Part shown: piece by piece, positions 53,091 through 62,648 of the stretch
How positions within the stretch are numbered: position 1 is the stretch's first letter
Layout: every line of letters begins with the position of its first letter
Assembly: GCA_003130875.1 (NCBI GenBank)
Contig: QEXY01000108.1
Coordinates: forward strand, 3,806-67,805
Reading direction: 5' to 3'
DNA from: Ardenticatenia bacterium
Lineage (GTDB): Bacteria > Chloroflexota > Anaerolineae > 4572-78 > NAK82
Length of the DNA: 64,000 bases
Notes under the pieces: generated by a model
What the model was told of the DNA's origin: nothing
What the model saw: the letters and a program-made list of their open reading frames with translations, nothing else
Database searches by the model: none
Position numbers and translations under genes: made by a program

Positions 53091-53640
53091 TTTTGTTTTG
53101 CCCACATGTCCATCCCCACATAACCCGGTCGATCTCATTCTGGCCTCTCAGCCATAGGAAAAATTTGCCCCTGAAAGAGGTCTTTCCAACGCGGATGCCT
53201 CTCATCTTCGGAGAGAAGGGGCGTCGAACCCAGCCGTGCATGGCACAAATGGCGCGTGTTCACCGCGATGGCGGTGTCTACCCAAAGTTCTGGGGGTTCG
53301 CGTGGGATACGCTGTGGATAAACCCGCCCTTGACTGGGGAATGACCACCGACTCCAGTGAGATGAATTTGGCATCAACTCGCTCCTATCGCAGCGTTCCT
53401 CATCCTATCCACACCGCAGTACCCTGCTTTTCCACACCCTTCTATGGCTGCCACCACAACCGTTGGCTTGGACGGATGACCAGCAGTCCATATTTCGTGG
53501 TGGGCGTTTCTTTATCCACATATCCCCGATCCCTATAGCTACAACTATTCAGATTTAATCCTGAGATGGAGTGAATCAGTGAATCATAGATACCAGGGTT
53601 ATCCGAAGAAATTGAAATATTCCCTGGCGCAGCGCCGAGT

Positions 53641-53670
53641 GTGACAAAGATGGGATCTCTACGCTATAAT
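53641..53670 (+). promoter_or_regulatory. Putative promoter of the suf genes
   Basis: GTGACA, 18-nt spacer, TATAAT, about 60 nt upstream of ATG 53732. Confidence 0.35.
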
Positions 53671-53731
53671 GGGCATGTGAAAAAAGTAGAGGGGTATTGC
53701 AAGATTGAAACAAAGGGATTCGGAGGCGTCT

Positions 53732-54517
53732 ATGAGCTCTGCTACGGGTAACATTCTGGAGATTCACGACCTCCACGTGGAGGTCGGGGGCAAAGAGCTG
53801 TTGCATGGGATCAACCTGGCCATCCCCGAAGGCCAGGTGCATGCCTTGATGGGTCCAAACGGGAGTGGCAAGACCTCGCTTATGATGACCATCATGGGCT
53901 TTTCGGCCTATAAAGTGACGCGCGGGCAGATCCTCTTTGATGGTCAGGATATCACCGGCCTGAGCGTCACCGAGCGCGCGCGGTTGGGCATCGCGATTGC
54001 GCAGCAACGGCCACCCACGATCGCCGGGGTCAAGCTACGCGCCGTACTGGATTACATTGTCGCGCATGACTCGGTCAGCGCCGAGGAGATCGCCGACCTG
54101 GTGCGCCAGGCGCGCGTCGAGGAGTTCCTAGACCGTGATATCAATGCCGGCTTGTCGGGCGGTGAGATCAAGCGTGCCGAGCTGGTTCAGCTATTAGCTA
54201 CCTGTCCTCGTTTCAGCATGATGGATGAACCCGAGTCCGGCGTCGACCTCGATTCGTTGGCATTGGTGGGCAGCTTGGTCAATCGCCTGTTTATCCGCGA
54301 CTCGTGCCGACCGGTGCGGCGTCGCTCCGGGCTGATCGTCACCCACACCGGGCACATTCTCAAATACATTGAAGCGGACCGTGCGCATATTATGCTCGAC
54401 GGTCGCATTGCATGCTCGGGGAATCCTCACTTGATGTTGCAGACGATTGCCGAAAGTGGTTACGCGGCGTGTGTATGTTGTGTGGTTGAGGGAGATGGAT
54501 ATGACAAAGTCAGTTAG
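53732..54517 (+). CDS. sufC: Fe-S cluster assembly ATPase SufC-like
   Basis: GPNGSGKTSL, LSGGEIKRAELVQLL, MMDEPESGVDLD. ATG 53732 behind GGAGG. Confidence 0.8.
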   Translation: MSSATGNILEIHDLHVEVGGKELLHGINLAIPEGQVHALMGPNGSGKTSLMMTIMGFSAYKVTRGQILFDGQDITGLSVTERARLGIAIAQQRPPTIAGVKLRAVLDYIVAHDSVSAEEIADLVRQARVEEFLDRDINAGLSGGEIKRAELVQLLATCPRFSMMDEPESGVDLDSLALVGSLVNRLFIRDSCRPVRRRSGLIVTHTGHILKYIEADRAHIMLDGRIACSGNPHLMLQTIAESGYAACVCCVVEGDGYDKVS

Positions 54518-55640
54518 CACTGTGGATGTCATCGCGCAGGATGAGGCAGAAACGCTCGCCGATGTCGGGGTGCAGATCCGCCATGATGAGCCCGAGGTGC
54601 GTTCGGCCACCTATGTGTTGCGCGATCACCTGCCTTTGTGCGTGCAGACCTATCGTGAAGGGTTGGAGATGTTGCCCATCGCCGAAGCGCTGCGCCGCTA
54701 CGATTGGCTGCGCGAGCGCTATTTCTGGAAGTTGATCTCGCCCGATCAGGACGAGGTCACCCGTCAGGTGGCAGCCGAGTCCGAGCCACAGGGCTATTTC
54801 ATCTGGGTGCGCCAGGGGACGCGCATCACCCGGCCGGCGCAGGCAGGGTTGTTCATCTCGCACGAAGGTTTGGCGCAGAAGCTGCATAATGTGATCGTGC
54901 TGGAGGATAACACCGAACTGCACCTGATCACCGGCTGTACCACCGGCCGTGCGGTGCGCAGCGGTCATCATCTGGCGGTCAACGAAGCGTATGTCGGCGC
55001 CAATGCCACTCTGACCATGACGATGGTGCACAGCTGGGGGCCGGAGGTGATCGTGCGGCCGCGCGCAGCTGTCGCCGTTGGCGACCACAGCCATTATATC
55101 AACAATTATGTCTCGCTGCGGCCGGCGCTGGACATCCAGAGCAATCCGCGCACTTACCTCAACGGCGTCGGTGCCACTGCCAAATATATGACGGTCATCC
55201 TCGGCTCGCGCGGGTCGATCATCGACACCGGCGGTGAGGTGTGGCTGAACGGCGAGGACAGCGGCGCCGAGCTGGTGCACCGCGGCGTCTGCACCGGTGG
55301 CAAGATGTACCAGCGCGGCTTCCTGGTGGGCAATGCGCGCTGCCGCGCCCATGTGGACTGCGCCGGCATGTTGCTCGATCCGGGCGAGGATGGCTTCATC
55401 GAATCGGTGCCCGGCCTGCGCTCCTTCCACCCGGAAGCGCGCATGAGCCACGAAGCCAGCGTCGGAAAGGTGGCGCCCGAACAGGTGGAGTATCTGATGT
55501 CGCGCGGCATGGAGGAACATGAGGCGATCTCGATGATCATCCGCGGCTTTCTGGACGCCGACATCGAGGGGCTGAGCGCCGAGCTGGACGCGCGTATCGG
55601 CGAGATCGCTGCCATGGCAGGGCACGGCGAGCACAAGTAG
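54501..55640 (+). CDS. SufB/SufD-family Fe-S assembly scaffold protein
   Basis: Beta-helix-type C-terminal part ..AELVHRGV..GFIESVPGL..HEASVGKVAPEQVEYLMSRGMEEHEAISMIIRGF. ATG 54501 behind GAGGGAG. 17-nt overlap with sufC. Confidence 0.75.
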   Translation: MTKSVSTVDVIAQDEAETLADVGVQIRHDEPEVRSATYVLRDHLPLCVQTYREGLEMLPIAEALRRYDWLRERYFWKLISPDQDEVTRQVAAESEPQGYFIWVRQGTRITRPAQAGLFISHEGLAQKLHNVIVLEDNTELHLITGCTTGRAVRSGHHLAVNEAYVGANATLTMTMVHSWGPEVIVRPRAAVAVGDHSHYINNYVSLRPALDIQSNPRTYLNGVGATAKYMTVILGSRGSIIDTGGEVWLNGEDSGAELVHRGVCTGGKMYQRGFLVGNARCRAHVDCAGMLLDPGEDGFIESVPGLRSFHPEARMSHEASVGKVAPEQVEYLMSRGMEEHEAISMIIRGFLDADIEGLSAELDARIGEIAAMAGHGEHK

Positions 55641-55672
55641 CTTGCGAGCGACATCACGATATAGGGCATAAT

Positions 55673-57907
55673 ATGCGACATCCCACCCATCGCGCGATGG
55701 AACGCACGTTTCACGTCACCGGTTTGGATTGCGCCAGCTGCGCGCAGACGCTGGAGCAGGGCGTGGCACGCTTGCCCGGCGTGCAGGCGTGCCAGGTGCA
55801 GTTTGCTTCCGGCACGTTGCGCGTCGTGGGTGATGTCTCGCTTGCACAGCTTCAGGCGCGCGTGCGCGAGCTGGGCTATGACCTCGCCGCGCCGGCGGAA
55901 GGGTTGGCGACTGCGTCCGCTGCGCCGACGGGATGGCCGCGCTTCATGTGGCAGCACCGCGACACGCGCCTGGCGCTGCTCGGCTTGGTGCTCATCATCC
56001 CCGGCGTGATTCTGGAGGAACTGCTGAGGATCGACCATCCGATCATCACCACCCTGGCGCTGGGTGCCTGGCTGACGGCCGGATTTCCCATCGTGCGCAG
56101 CGCCTGGCGTGCCCTGCGCATCAACCGCGAGGTCAACATCAACGTGCTGATGACAATCGCCAGCGCAGGGGCGATCGTCATTGGGGCCTTTACCGAGGCT
56201 GGTATGGTCATGGTGCTCTTCGCCATCGGCGAGGCGCTGGAGCGTTACACGGGTGAGCGGGCGCGTCAGGCCATCCGCAGCCTCGCCAAGCTGGCGCCGG
56301 AACACGCACGGTTGCTCCGCCCCCACCCGGGCAGCGCATTGGCGCCTGGAGAGGTGGCGGTGACGGCACTCCGCCCCGGCGACGTGATCCTGGTCAGGCC
56401 CGGTGAGCGCATCCCGGTGGATGGTCAGGTCCTCTCCGGCATGTCCGCTGTCAATCAGGCGCCGATCACCGGCGAGAGCCGGCCGATCGATAAGACGCCG
56501 GGCAGTGAGGTGTTCGCTGGCAGCATCAACGGTGAGGGTGCCCTGGAGGTTGAGGTGACGCGCCTCGCCTCGGACACCGTGCTCAGCCGGCTGATCCAGC
56601 TGGTGCAGGAAGCGCAGGAGCGACGTGCGGCCGCGCAGCGCTTCATCGACCGTTTTGCGCGCGTTTACACACCGGCGGTCGTTGCCCTGGCTGGCCTGGT
56701 GGCCGTGGTGCCTCCACTCCTCTTTGGGCAGCCCTTCGTGGATCCGGTCACCCCCAGCGCCGGATGGCTGTACCGCGGGTTAGCCTTGCTTGTGGTCGCC
56801 TGTCCATGTGCCTTGGTCATCAGCACACCGGTAAGCATCATCAGCGCCCTCAGCAATGCCGCGCGACACGGCGTGTTGATCAAAGGCGGAGCTTACTTGG
56901 AGGCGCTGAACCGCATCCGGGCGGTCGCCTTCGATAAGACCGGCACCCTGACCTACGGCCGGCCGGCTGTCATCGCGCTGCGTCCGGCCAATCACATTGA
57001 CGGGGACGGGACAGCGCAGCATTGCACCGACTGTGCTGATCTGTTGGCCCTGGCCAGCGCGGTGGAGCAACAGAGTGAGCATCCGCTGGCGCGCGCGGTG
57101 GTGGACGAAGCGACGCGCCATGGCCTGCACATGCGTTATCCGCCGGCCACGGCGGTCACAGCCTTGCCCGGCCGCGGCGTCACCGGCCGGGTGGAGGACC
57201 GTGAAGTGACCATCGGCAGCCACGCCTACTTCAGCGAGCACGTGCCGCATCCGGAGGAACATTGCGCCGCTGCCGAGCGCGACACCCAGTCGGGTTACAC
57301 TCCGCTGATGGTGGCAGCCGAGGGTCAATACGTCGGGACGATCACCGTGGCGGACACCGTGCGTGCCACTGGCCAGGAGGCGCTGCAGATGCTCAAAGCG
57401 ATGGGCATCTCGACGTTGGTGATGCTCAGCGGGGATGACGCCGCTGTCGGCGCCCGGGTGGGCCAGCAGCTGGGGGTCACCGATGTGCACGCGGAACTGC
57501 TGCCGGCCGACAAGGTGGCCATGATCCAATCCCTGCGCGCCCAGCACGGCGACGTCGTCATGGTCGGGGATGGCATCAACGATGCGCCGGCCCTGGCCAC
57601 GGCGGATGTGGGCATCGCGGTCGGCGCCGCGCTGGGCGGCACCGCCCAGGCTATGGAGACCGCTGATATCACCCTTATGAGCGACGACCTGCGCCGCTTG
57701 CCCTTCCTCTTCGCCCTGGCACGTGCCACGATGCGCACCATCCAGGTGAACCTGGCGCTGAGCATCGGTCTCAAACTGTTGTTCGTCGCCCTGGTGCTCT
57801 CCGGACTGGGCACGATGTGGATGGCGGTGGCGGCAGATATGGGCACCTCCTTGCTGGTGACGCTGAACGGCATGCGCCTCTTAACCACTCCGCGGCCACC
57901 TACCTGA
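55673..57907 (+). CDS. P1B-type heavy-metal-translocating ATPase, Zn/Cd/Co-like
   Basis: N-terminal HMA GLDCASCA, TM6 CPC (VVACPCALVIS), DKTGTLT, GDGINDAP. C-terminal GLKLLF and AADMGTSLLVTLNGMRLL resemble ZntA/CadA rather than CopA. Confidence 0.85.
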   Translation: MRHPTHRAMERTFHVTGLDCASCAQTLEQGVARLPGVQACQVQFASGTLRVVGDVSLAQLQARVRELGYDLAAPAEGLATASAAPTGWPRFMWQHRDTRLALLGLVLIIPGVILEELLRIDHPIITTLALGAWLTAGFPIVRSAWRALRINREVNINVLMTIASAGAIVIGAFTEAGMVMVLFAIGEALERYTGERARQAIRSLAKLAPEHARLLRPHPGSALAPGEVAVTALRPGDVILVRPGERIPVDGQVLSGMSAVNQAPITGESRPIDKTPGSEVFAGSINGEGALEVEVTRLASDTVLSRLIQLVQEAQERRAAAQRFIDRFARVYTPAVVALAGLVAVVPPLLFGQPFVDPVTPSAGWLYRGLALLVVACPCALVISTPVSIISALSNAARHGVLIKGGAYLEALNRIRAVAFDKTGTLTYGRPAVIALRPANHIDGDGTAQHCTDCADLLALASAVEQQSEHPLARAVVDEATRHGLHMRYPPATAVTALPGRGVTGRVEDREVTIGSHAYFSEHVPHPEEHCAAAERDTQSGYTPLMVAAEGQYVGTITVADTVRATGQEALQMLKAMGISTLVMLSGDDAAVGARVGQQLGVTDVHAELLPADKVAMIQSLRAQHGDVVMVGDGINDAPALATADVGIAVGAALGGTAQAMETADITLMSDDLRRLPFLFALARATMRTIQVNLALSIGLKLLFVALVLSGLGTMWMAVAADMGTSLLVTLNGMRLLTTPRPPT

Positions 57908-57973
57908 TGGGGGCAGGATGGGCCAAACGCGCTGCGCGTAAGCAAGGGGCATTGGGAAGTGAGGAGATCATCG

Positions 57974-59203
57974 ATGCATGCAGAGATTGTCGTGACAGGC
58001 ACCGAGCTGTTGCTCGGTGAACTTGTGGATACCAATTCGGCCATGTTGGCGCGCATGCTGCGCGAGATCGGGCTCGATCTGTACTATAAGACGGTGGTGG
58101 GCGACAACCGTGAACGCATCGCCGCCGTGCTGCGCCTGGCCCTGGAGCGCTCGGACATCGTGCTAACCTCCGGCGGGCTGGGCCCCACCGTGGACGATGT
58201 GACGCGCGAGGCGGTGGCGGATGTCACGGGCCGTCCGCTCGTTTTTCATCAACATCTCTTGGATCAGATCGCCGCCCGCTTCGCCCGCTTTGGGCGCCCG
58301 ATGAGCGAGAACAACCGTCGTCAGGCCTATGTACCCGAGGGCGCCATCATCCTGGAGAACCGCGAAGGGACGGCGCCCGGCTTCATCGTCGAGGATCCGC
58401 GCGGCACCATTATCTGCCTGCCAGGGGTGCCGCGTGAGCTGGAACATCTGATGCGCACCTATGTGCTGCCCTACTTGAAGCGGCGCCTGGGACAGGAGAT
58501 GGTCATCCTGCCGCGCGTGTTGCGCACGTGCAGCATCGGCGAGAGCCAGATCGATGCTCAGATCGGTGACCTGATGCGCGGCAGCAATCCCACAGTGGGG
58601 CTGGCGGCGCATGCCGGCCAGGTGGACATCCGCATCACTGCCAAAGCGTCCACGCACGCCGAGGCGGAGCAATTGATCGCACCGGTGGAAGCAGAGGTGC
58701 GCCGCCGCCTGGGCGACGTGATCTTCGGCAGCGACGGAGAGACATTGGAGGGCGTGGTGAGCGAGCTGTTGGTGCAGCGCGACGCTACCCTCGCGCTGGT
58801 GGACAGCCTCACCGGTGGTCAAGTGGCCGATATGCTGCGCGACGTCGGGACGCCGACGTTGCTCCTCGCCGATCAGCGCTATGTCGATGCGCCTGCCGCG
58901 CTGGCCGGGTTGCGCCTGGAGGCGGTGTATCGAGATGCCGGCGCCCGGCGCACGGCGGAGGAAGCGGCCGAGCGTGTCCGTGTGGAAAGCGGCAGCTCCC
59001 TGGGGTTGGCGCTGCTGGGCATGCTGCCGGAAGAGAGCCGTGCGATACCGATGGCTTACGTCGCCCTCTCCGACGGTGCCGCGCGCATGGTGCGCGCGTA
59101 TCGCTTCGGAAGTGAGAACGAGCTGACGCGGCGCTGGATCACCGTGCGTGCGCTGGACATGCTGCGCCGTCATCTGTTGGGCCTGGCTCCCTTTGACCGT
59201 TAG
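57974..59203 (+). CDS. cinA: CinA-family competence/damage-inducible protein (MoCF-type N-domain, divergent C-terminal PncC-like domain)
   Basis: MHAEIVVTGTELLLGELVDTNS..LTSGGLGPTVDDVTRE. The C-terminal domain has DSLTGG where the canonical motif is ESCTGG. ATG 57974 behind GAGGAG. Confidence 0.8.
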   Translation: MHAEIVVTGTELLLGELVDTNSAMLARMLREIGLDLYYKTVVGDNRERIAAVLRLALERSDIVLTSGGLGPTVDDVTREAVADVTGRPLVFHQHLLDQIAARFARFGRPMSENNRRQAYVPEGAIILENREGTAPGFIVEDPRGTIICLPGVPRELEHLMRTYVLPYLKRRLGQEMVILPRVLRTCSIGESQIDAQIGDLMRGSNPTVGLAAHAGQVDIRITAKASTHAEAEQLIAPVEAEVRRRLGDVIFGSDGETLEGVVSELLVQRDATLALVDSLTGGQVADMLRDVGTPTLLLADQRYVDAPAALAGLRLEAVYRDAGARRTAEEAAERVRVESGSSLGLALLGMLPEESRAIPMAYVALSDGAARMVRAYRFGSENELTRRWITVRALDMLRRHLLGLAPFDR

Positions 59204-59239
59204 GCATCCATCCCCAGTGGCGCTGGAGGAAAGCGGCAT

Positions 59240-59722
59240 ATGGACACGTTTCAACTCGCGGCAGCGGTAGGAGAACAGTTGCGCGCCCGCGGCTGGCGCC
59301 TGGCAGTGGCCGAGTCCTGCACCGGTGGGTTAGTGGGGCATTGGATCACCGAGATAGCGGGCAGCTCGGACTACTTTCTGGGAGGTGTGATTGCCTACTC
59401 GAATCAGGCGAAGGAGCAACTGTTGGGGGTACATTCCCATACACTGCTCCAGCACGGCGCTGTGAGCGAGGCGACGGCGCGCGAGATGGCGGCGGGTGTG
59501 CGCAGGCTGCTGGGCGCCGATGTGGCCCTGGCGGTGACGGGCATCGCCGGCCCCGGCGGAGGCACGACGGAGAAGCCGGTGGGGTTGGTCTACATCGCGC
59601 TGGACGCACCCGATCGCCAGATCTGTCGCCGCCACGTCTGGGATGGTGACCGCGCGACGAACAAAGCCCACTCGGCACACGCCGCATTGGCGTTGTTGCG
59701 CGATTACCTCGCCCACCTGTGA
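59240..59722 (+). CDS. pncC: Stand-alone nicotinamide-nucleotide amidohydrolase PncC (CinA C-terminal domain family)
   Basis: [44 protein letters not shown], with the canonical ESCTGG motif. Confidence 0.85.
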   Translation: MDTFQLAAAVGEQLRARGWRLAVAESCTGGLVGHWITEIAGSSDYFLGGVIAYSNQAKEQLLGVHSHTLLQHGAVSEATAREMAAGVRRLLGADVALAVTGIAGPGGGTTEKPVGLVYIALDAPDRQICRRHVWDGDRATNKAHSAHAALALLRDYLAHL

Positions 59723-59728
59723 TGTGCC

Positions 59729-60622
59729 ATGATCATCAGTGCCAGCCGACGCACGGATATCCCGGCGCTCTATGCCGAATGGTTCATCCGGCGCATCCAC
59801 GCTGGTTTCTGTCACGTGCCCAATCCGTTCAACCCCCGTCAGGTCAGCACCGTGTCGTTGCGGCCGGAGGATGTGGAGGTGATCGTCTTCTGGACGCGTC
59901 ATCCGCGTCCTCTCTTGTCTCATCTCGATGTGCTAGACCGCCTCGGTTATCGGTACTATTTTCATTACACCGTATTGGGTTATCCCCGTGTGCTGGATGC
60001 GGGTTCGCCCCCTTTGGAAGTGGCCATCTCCACGTTCCAGCAGCTCTCCCGGCGGGTCGGCGCTACGCGGGTGATCTGGCGCTACGATCCCATCCTCTTC
60101 AGCCCGGTGTGCGATGCCGATTTCCACCGGCGCAACTTCGTGCGCATCGCTGCGGCGCTCCAGAGCTACACCGGCCGCTGCGTGATCAGCCGCTGCACCG
60201 GCTATCGCAAGACGACGCGGCGCATCCACACTCTGGACGCGCGTGGCGTTTCGATCGAGATTCCCGAAGCCGCTGACCCGCGTTTTCTGGCGCTGGTGGT
60301 GGATCTGGCAGACATCGCCCGCGCGCATGGAATGGAGCTGGTGAGCTGTGCGGAGGAGGCAGACCTGCGTGCCTACGGCGTCCGTCCGGGCAAGTGCGTG
60401 GATGATGCGCTCATCCACCAGGTCTTCGGCGTCCAGGTGACCGCGCAGAAAGATCCGGGGCAGCGCCCGGCATGTCGGTGTGTCGTGAGCAAGGACATCG
60501 GCATGTACGACACCTGCACCATAGGGTGTGTTTATTGTTATGCTACGTCCAGTGTAGCCCGTGCGCGCCGCAATCGCATGCGCCACGATCCACGTGCGCC
60601 CTCGCTTCTGCCCCTTTCATAG
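59729..60622 (+). CDS. DUF1848-family protein
   Basis: MIISASRRTDIPALYAEWF... N-terminus and C-terminal cysteine cluster ..CRCVVSKDIGMYDTCTIGCVYCYA.. as I recall for DUF1848. Confidence 0.7.
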   Translation: MIISASRRTDIPALYAEWFIRRIHAGFCHVPNPFNPRQVSTVSLRPEDVEVIVFWTRHPRPLLSHLDVLDRLGYRYYFHYTVLGYPRVLDAGSPPLEVAISTFQQLSRRVGATRVIWRYDPILFSPVCDADFHRRNFVRIAAALQSYTGRCVISRCTGYRKTTRRIHTLDARGVSIEIPEAADPRFLALVVDLADIARAHGMELVSCAEEADLRAYGVRPGKCVDDALIHQVFGVQVTAQKDPGQRPACRCVVSKDIGMYDTCTIGCVYCYATSSVARARRNRMRHDPRAPSLLPLS

Positions 60623-60625
60623 ATT

Positions 60626-60715
60626 GAGAGTGTTGAAAAACTCTTTAGTTACCCACTTTATTGGCCCATTTTCCTATGAAAATCTGAGCGGTCAAGGGAC
60701 TTTTTCAACACCCTC
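60626..60715 (+). mobile_element. 90-bp MITE-like element, copy 3
   Basis: Same orientation as copy 1. The left TIR has one mismatch (GAGAGTG...). It is flanked by the perfect 7-bp direct repeat ATAGATT (60619-60625 and 60716-60722). The left repeat contains the DUF1848 TAG stop, and the right repeat abuts the nusA -35 box. Confidence 0.9.
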
Positions 60716-60721
60716 ATAGAT

Positions 60722-60750
60722 TTGCAATTGCCACCACAGAGTGATATAAT
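60722..60750 (+). promoter_or_regulatory. nusA operon promoter
   Basis: TTGCAA (60722-60727), 17-nt spacer, TATAAT (60745-60750). Confidence 0.6.
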
Positions 60751-60778
60751 GAGAATGATTTAATCGAGTGTCATCACA

Positions 60779-60809
60779 GAAAAGTGGGTCTTTTTCCCAC
60801 TTTTCTTTG
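60779..60809 (+). terminator. Leader stem-loop/terminator-like attenuator upstream of nusA
   Basis: GAAAAGTGGG / CCCACTTTTC, a perfect 10-bp stem with a 7-nt loop, running into TTTG. It lies about 25 nt downstream of the predicted start site and 70 nt before the nusA start. Confidence 0.5.
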
Positions 60810-60879
60810 TAAGAAGGTATGATTGGGGAGGCATGACCTTCGCAACGAGTAGCAGGGGCAGGAGGTCAAAAGAAGAATT

Positions 60880-62634
60880 GTGAATAAAGAGTTCATCGCG
60901 GCCATCAATCAGGTGTGCCACGAACGCCAGCTCCCCAAGGAAGTGGTGCTGGAGGCCATCCATGCAGCATTGGTTTCGGCGTATCGGCGCAGATTTGGTC
61001 CCGCGCCGGGTATTACAGCGCGCCTGGATCTGGAGACGTGCACGGCGCATATCTACTGCGAAAAGACAGTGGTCGAGCGCGTTACCGACGCAGCACGCGA
61101 GATTGCGCTGGAGGAGGCGCGCCGTATCAAGCCGGACGCCAACCTGGGCGAAGTGGTGTTGGTGGACATCACACCACGGGATTTTGGGCGCATTGCTGCT
61201 CAGACAGCGCGCCAGGTGATTCTGCAGCGCATCCGCGAAGCGGAACGGGATTCGCTCTACCATGTTTATGCAGATCGCGAGGGCGAGATCGTCAACGGCA
61301 CGGTGCAGAGCATCGACTCCCAGCAGGTCACACTCAGCCTGGGCAAGGTGGAGGCGATTCTGCCACGCAGTGAGCAGATACCCACCGAGCGTTACAGCAT
61401 CGGTCAACGCTTGCGCGCGTATGTCTCGGAAGTGCAGAAGACGCCTCGCGGACCCTTGATCATCGTATCGCGTACGCATCGCAATATGTTGCGTCGCCTG
61501 CTCGAGCTAGAGGTGCCGGAAATTTACAACGGCATTGTGGAAATCAAGGCGATCGCACGCGAGGCAGGTTATCGCTCCAAGGTGGCTGTAGCAGCGCTGC
61601 AGGAGGGTGTCGATCCGGTGGGCTCGTGCGTTGGCATGCGCGGCGTGCGCATCCAGAGTATTGTGAACGAGCTGAATGGTGAGAAAATCGACGTGGTGGC
61701 CTGGAGCTCTGACCCGGCGACCTTGATTGCAAACAGCTTAAGCCCGGCCAAAGTGCTGAACGTCATGCTGGAGGATGAGAGCGATGACAAGACTGCCGTT
61801 GTGGTGGTGCCGGACCGACAGCTGTCGCTCGCCATCGGCAAGGAAGGTCAGAACGCCCGCCTCGCCGCCAAGCTGACCAGCTGGCGCATCGATATCAAGA
61901 GCATCTCCGAAGCAGCCGCTGAAGCGCTGGCCAAAGTGGCGGAGGATAAAGAGCTGCGAGCCGCTGTCGCGCGCGAACAGCATCTGATCACCATGGCTCG
62001 TGAAATCTTGCAAGAAAAAGAGGGCACAGCCCTTTCCGATGGCGAGATGCAGGCGCTCAGCCAAGTGGTGCGCATTGTATATGAAGCCGAGAAGGCCCTC
62101 GAAAAGGAGCGTGCGGCGTTGCGTCTGCGCGAGGCGGTTCTCCGCGCCTTGGAGGAGACAGAGCCATCCGAATCATCACCTCGCATCGAGCATACGGAGG
62201 ATCTGCTCGCCCGCGCCGAGGCGATCCTGGCAGCAAAGTCCGCCGAGGCCGATGAGGAGCAACCCCAGGAAGCGGCGGCGAGCCTGGGTGAAGGTGCTGA
62301 GGCAGCTGAATCTCCTGAACCTGAGGCCATCCCCTTCCCCTTGTGGGAGGAAGAAGTGGCTGTGGTGATGGAGGAGACCGCCGAGACCTCTTCCCAGGCT
62401 GAGAACGCGCCGCAGGAGATCTCGCTCGAAGAGGAGCTGAACCGCCTGCAAACACCTGAAGAGATCTATGCTTGGGAGGATGAGGAAGAGGAAGATCTGC
62501 CCGGAGGTGCGCGCAAAAAGAAACAACGTGGCAAACGGCATGAGCTCATCTACGACGAAGAATTGGGTGCCTATATCTCGCACCGCCGGCGCAAGCCTGG
62601 GCGTCAACGGGGCGATTGGGAAGACTATCTGTAA
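60880..62634 (+). CDS. nusA: Transcription termination/antitermination factor NusA with an acidic/basic C-terminal extension
   Basis: N-terminal domain, S1 (GEIVNGTVQSID..), KH1/KH2 (..VDPVGSCVGMRGVRIQSIVNEL..LSLAIGKEGQNARLAAKLT). GTG start. Confidence 0.9.
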   Translation: MNKEFIAAINQVCHERQLPKEVVLEAIHAALVSAYRRRFGPAPGITARLDLETCTAHIYCEKTVVERVTDAAREIALEEARRIKPDANLGEVVLVDITPRDFGRIAAQTARQVILQRIREAERDSLYHVYADREGEIVNGTVQSIDSQQVTLSLGKVEAILPRSEQIPTERYSIGQRLRAYVSEVQKTPRGPLIIVSRTHRNMLRRLLELEVPEIYNGIVEIKAIAREAGYRSKVAVAALQEGVDPVGSCVGMRGVRIQSIVNELNGEKIDVVAWSSDPATLIANSLSPAKVLNVMLEDESDDKTAVVVVPDRQLSLAIGKEGQNARLAAKLTSWRIDIKSISEAAAEALAKVAEDKELRAAVAREQHLITMAREILQEKEGTALSDGEMQALSQVVRIVYEAEKALEKERAALRLREAVLRALEETEPSESSPRIEHTEDLLARAEAILAAKSAEADEEQPQEAAASLGEGAEAAESPEPEAIPFPLWEEEVAVVMEETAETSSQAENAPQEISLEEELNRLQTPEEIYAWEDEEEEDLPGGARKKKQRGKRHELIYDEELGAYISHRRRKPGRQRGDWEDYL

Positions 62635-62648
62635 GCTGGAGTGCTGGG

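Noticed and set aside
53205-53235. GGGGCGTCGAACCC, superficially like a tRNA T-arm, near tRNA-Val
   Set aside because: The flanking bases cannot form T, anticodon or acceptor stems on either strand, so it is not a tRNA or a clear att repeat.
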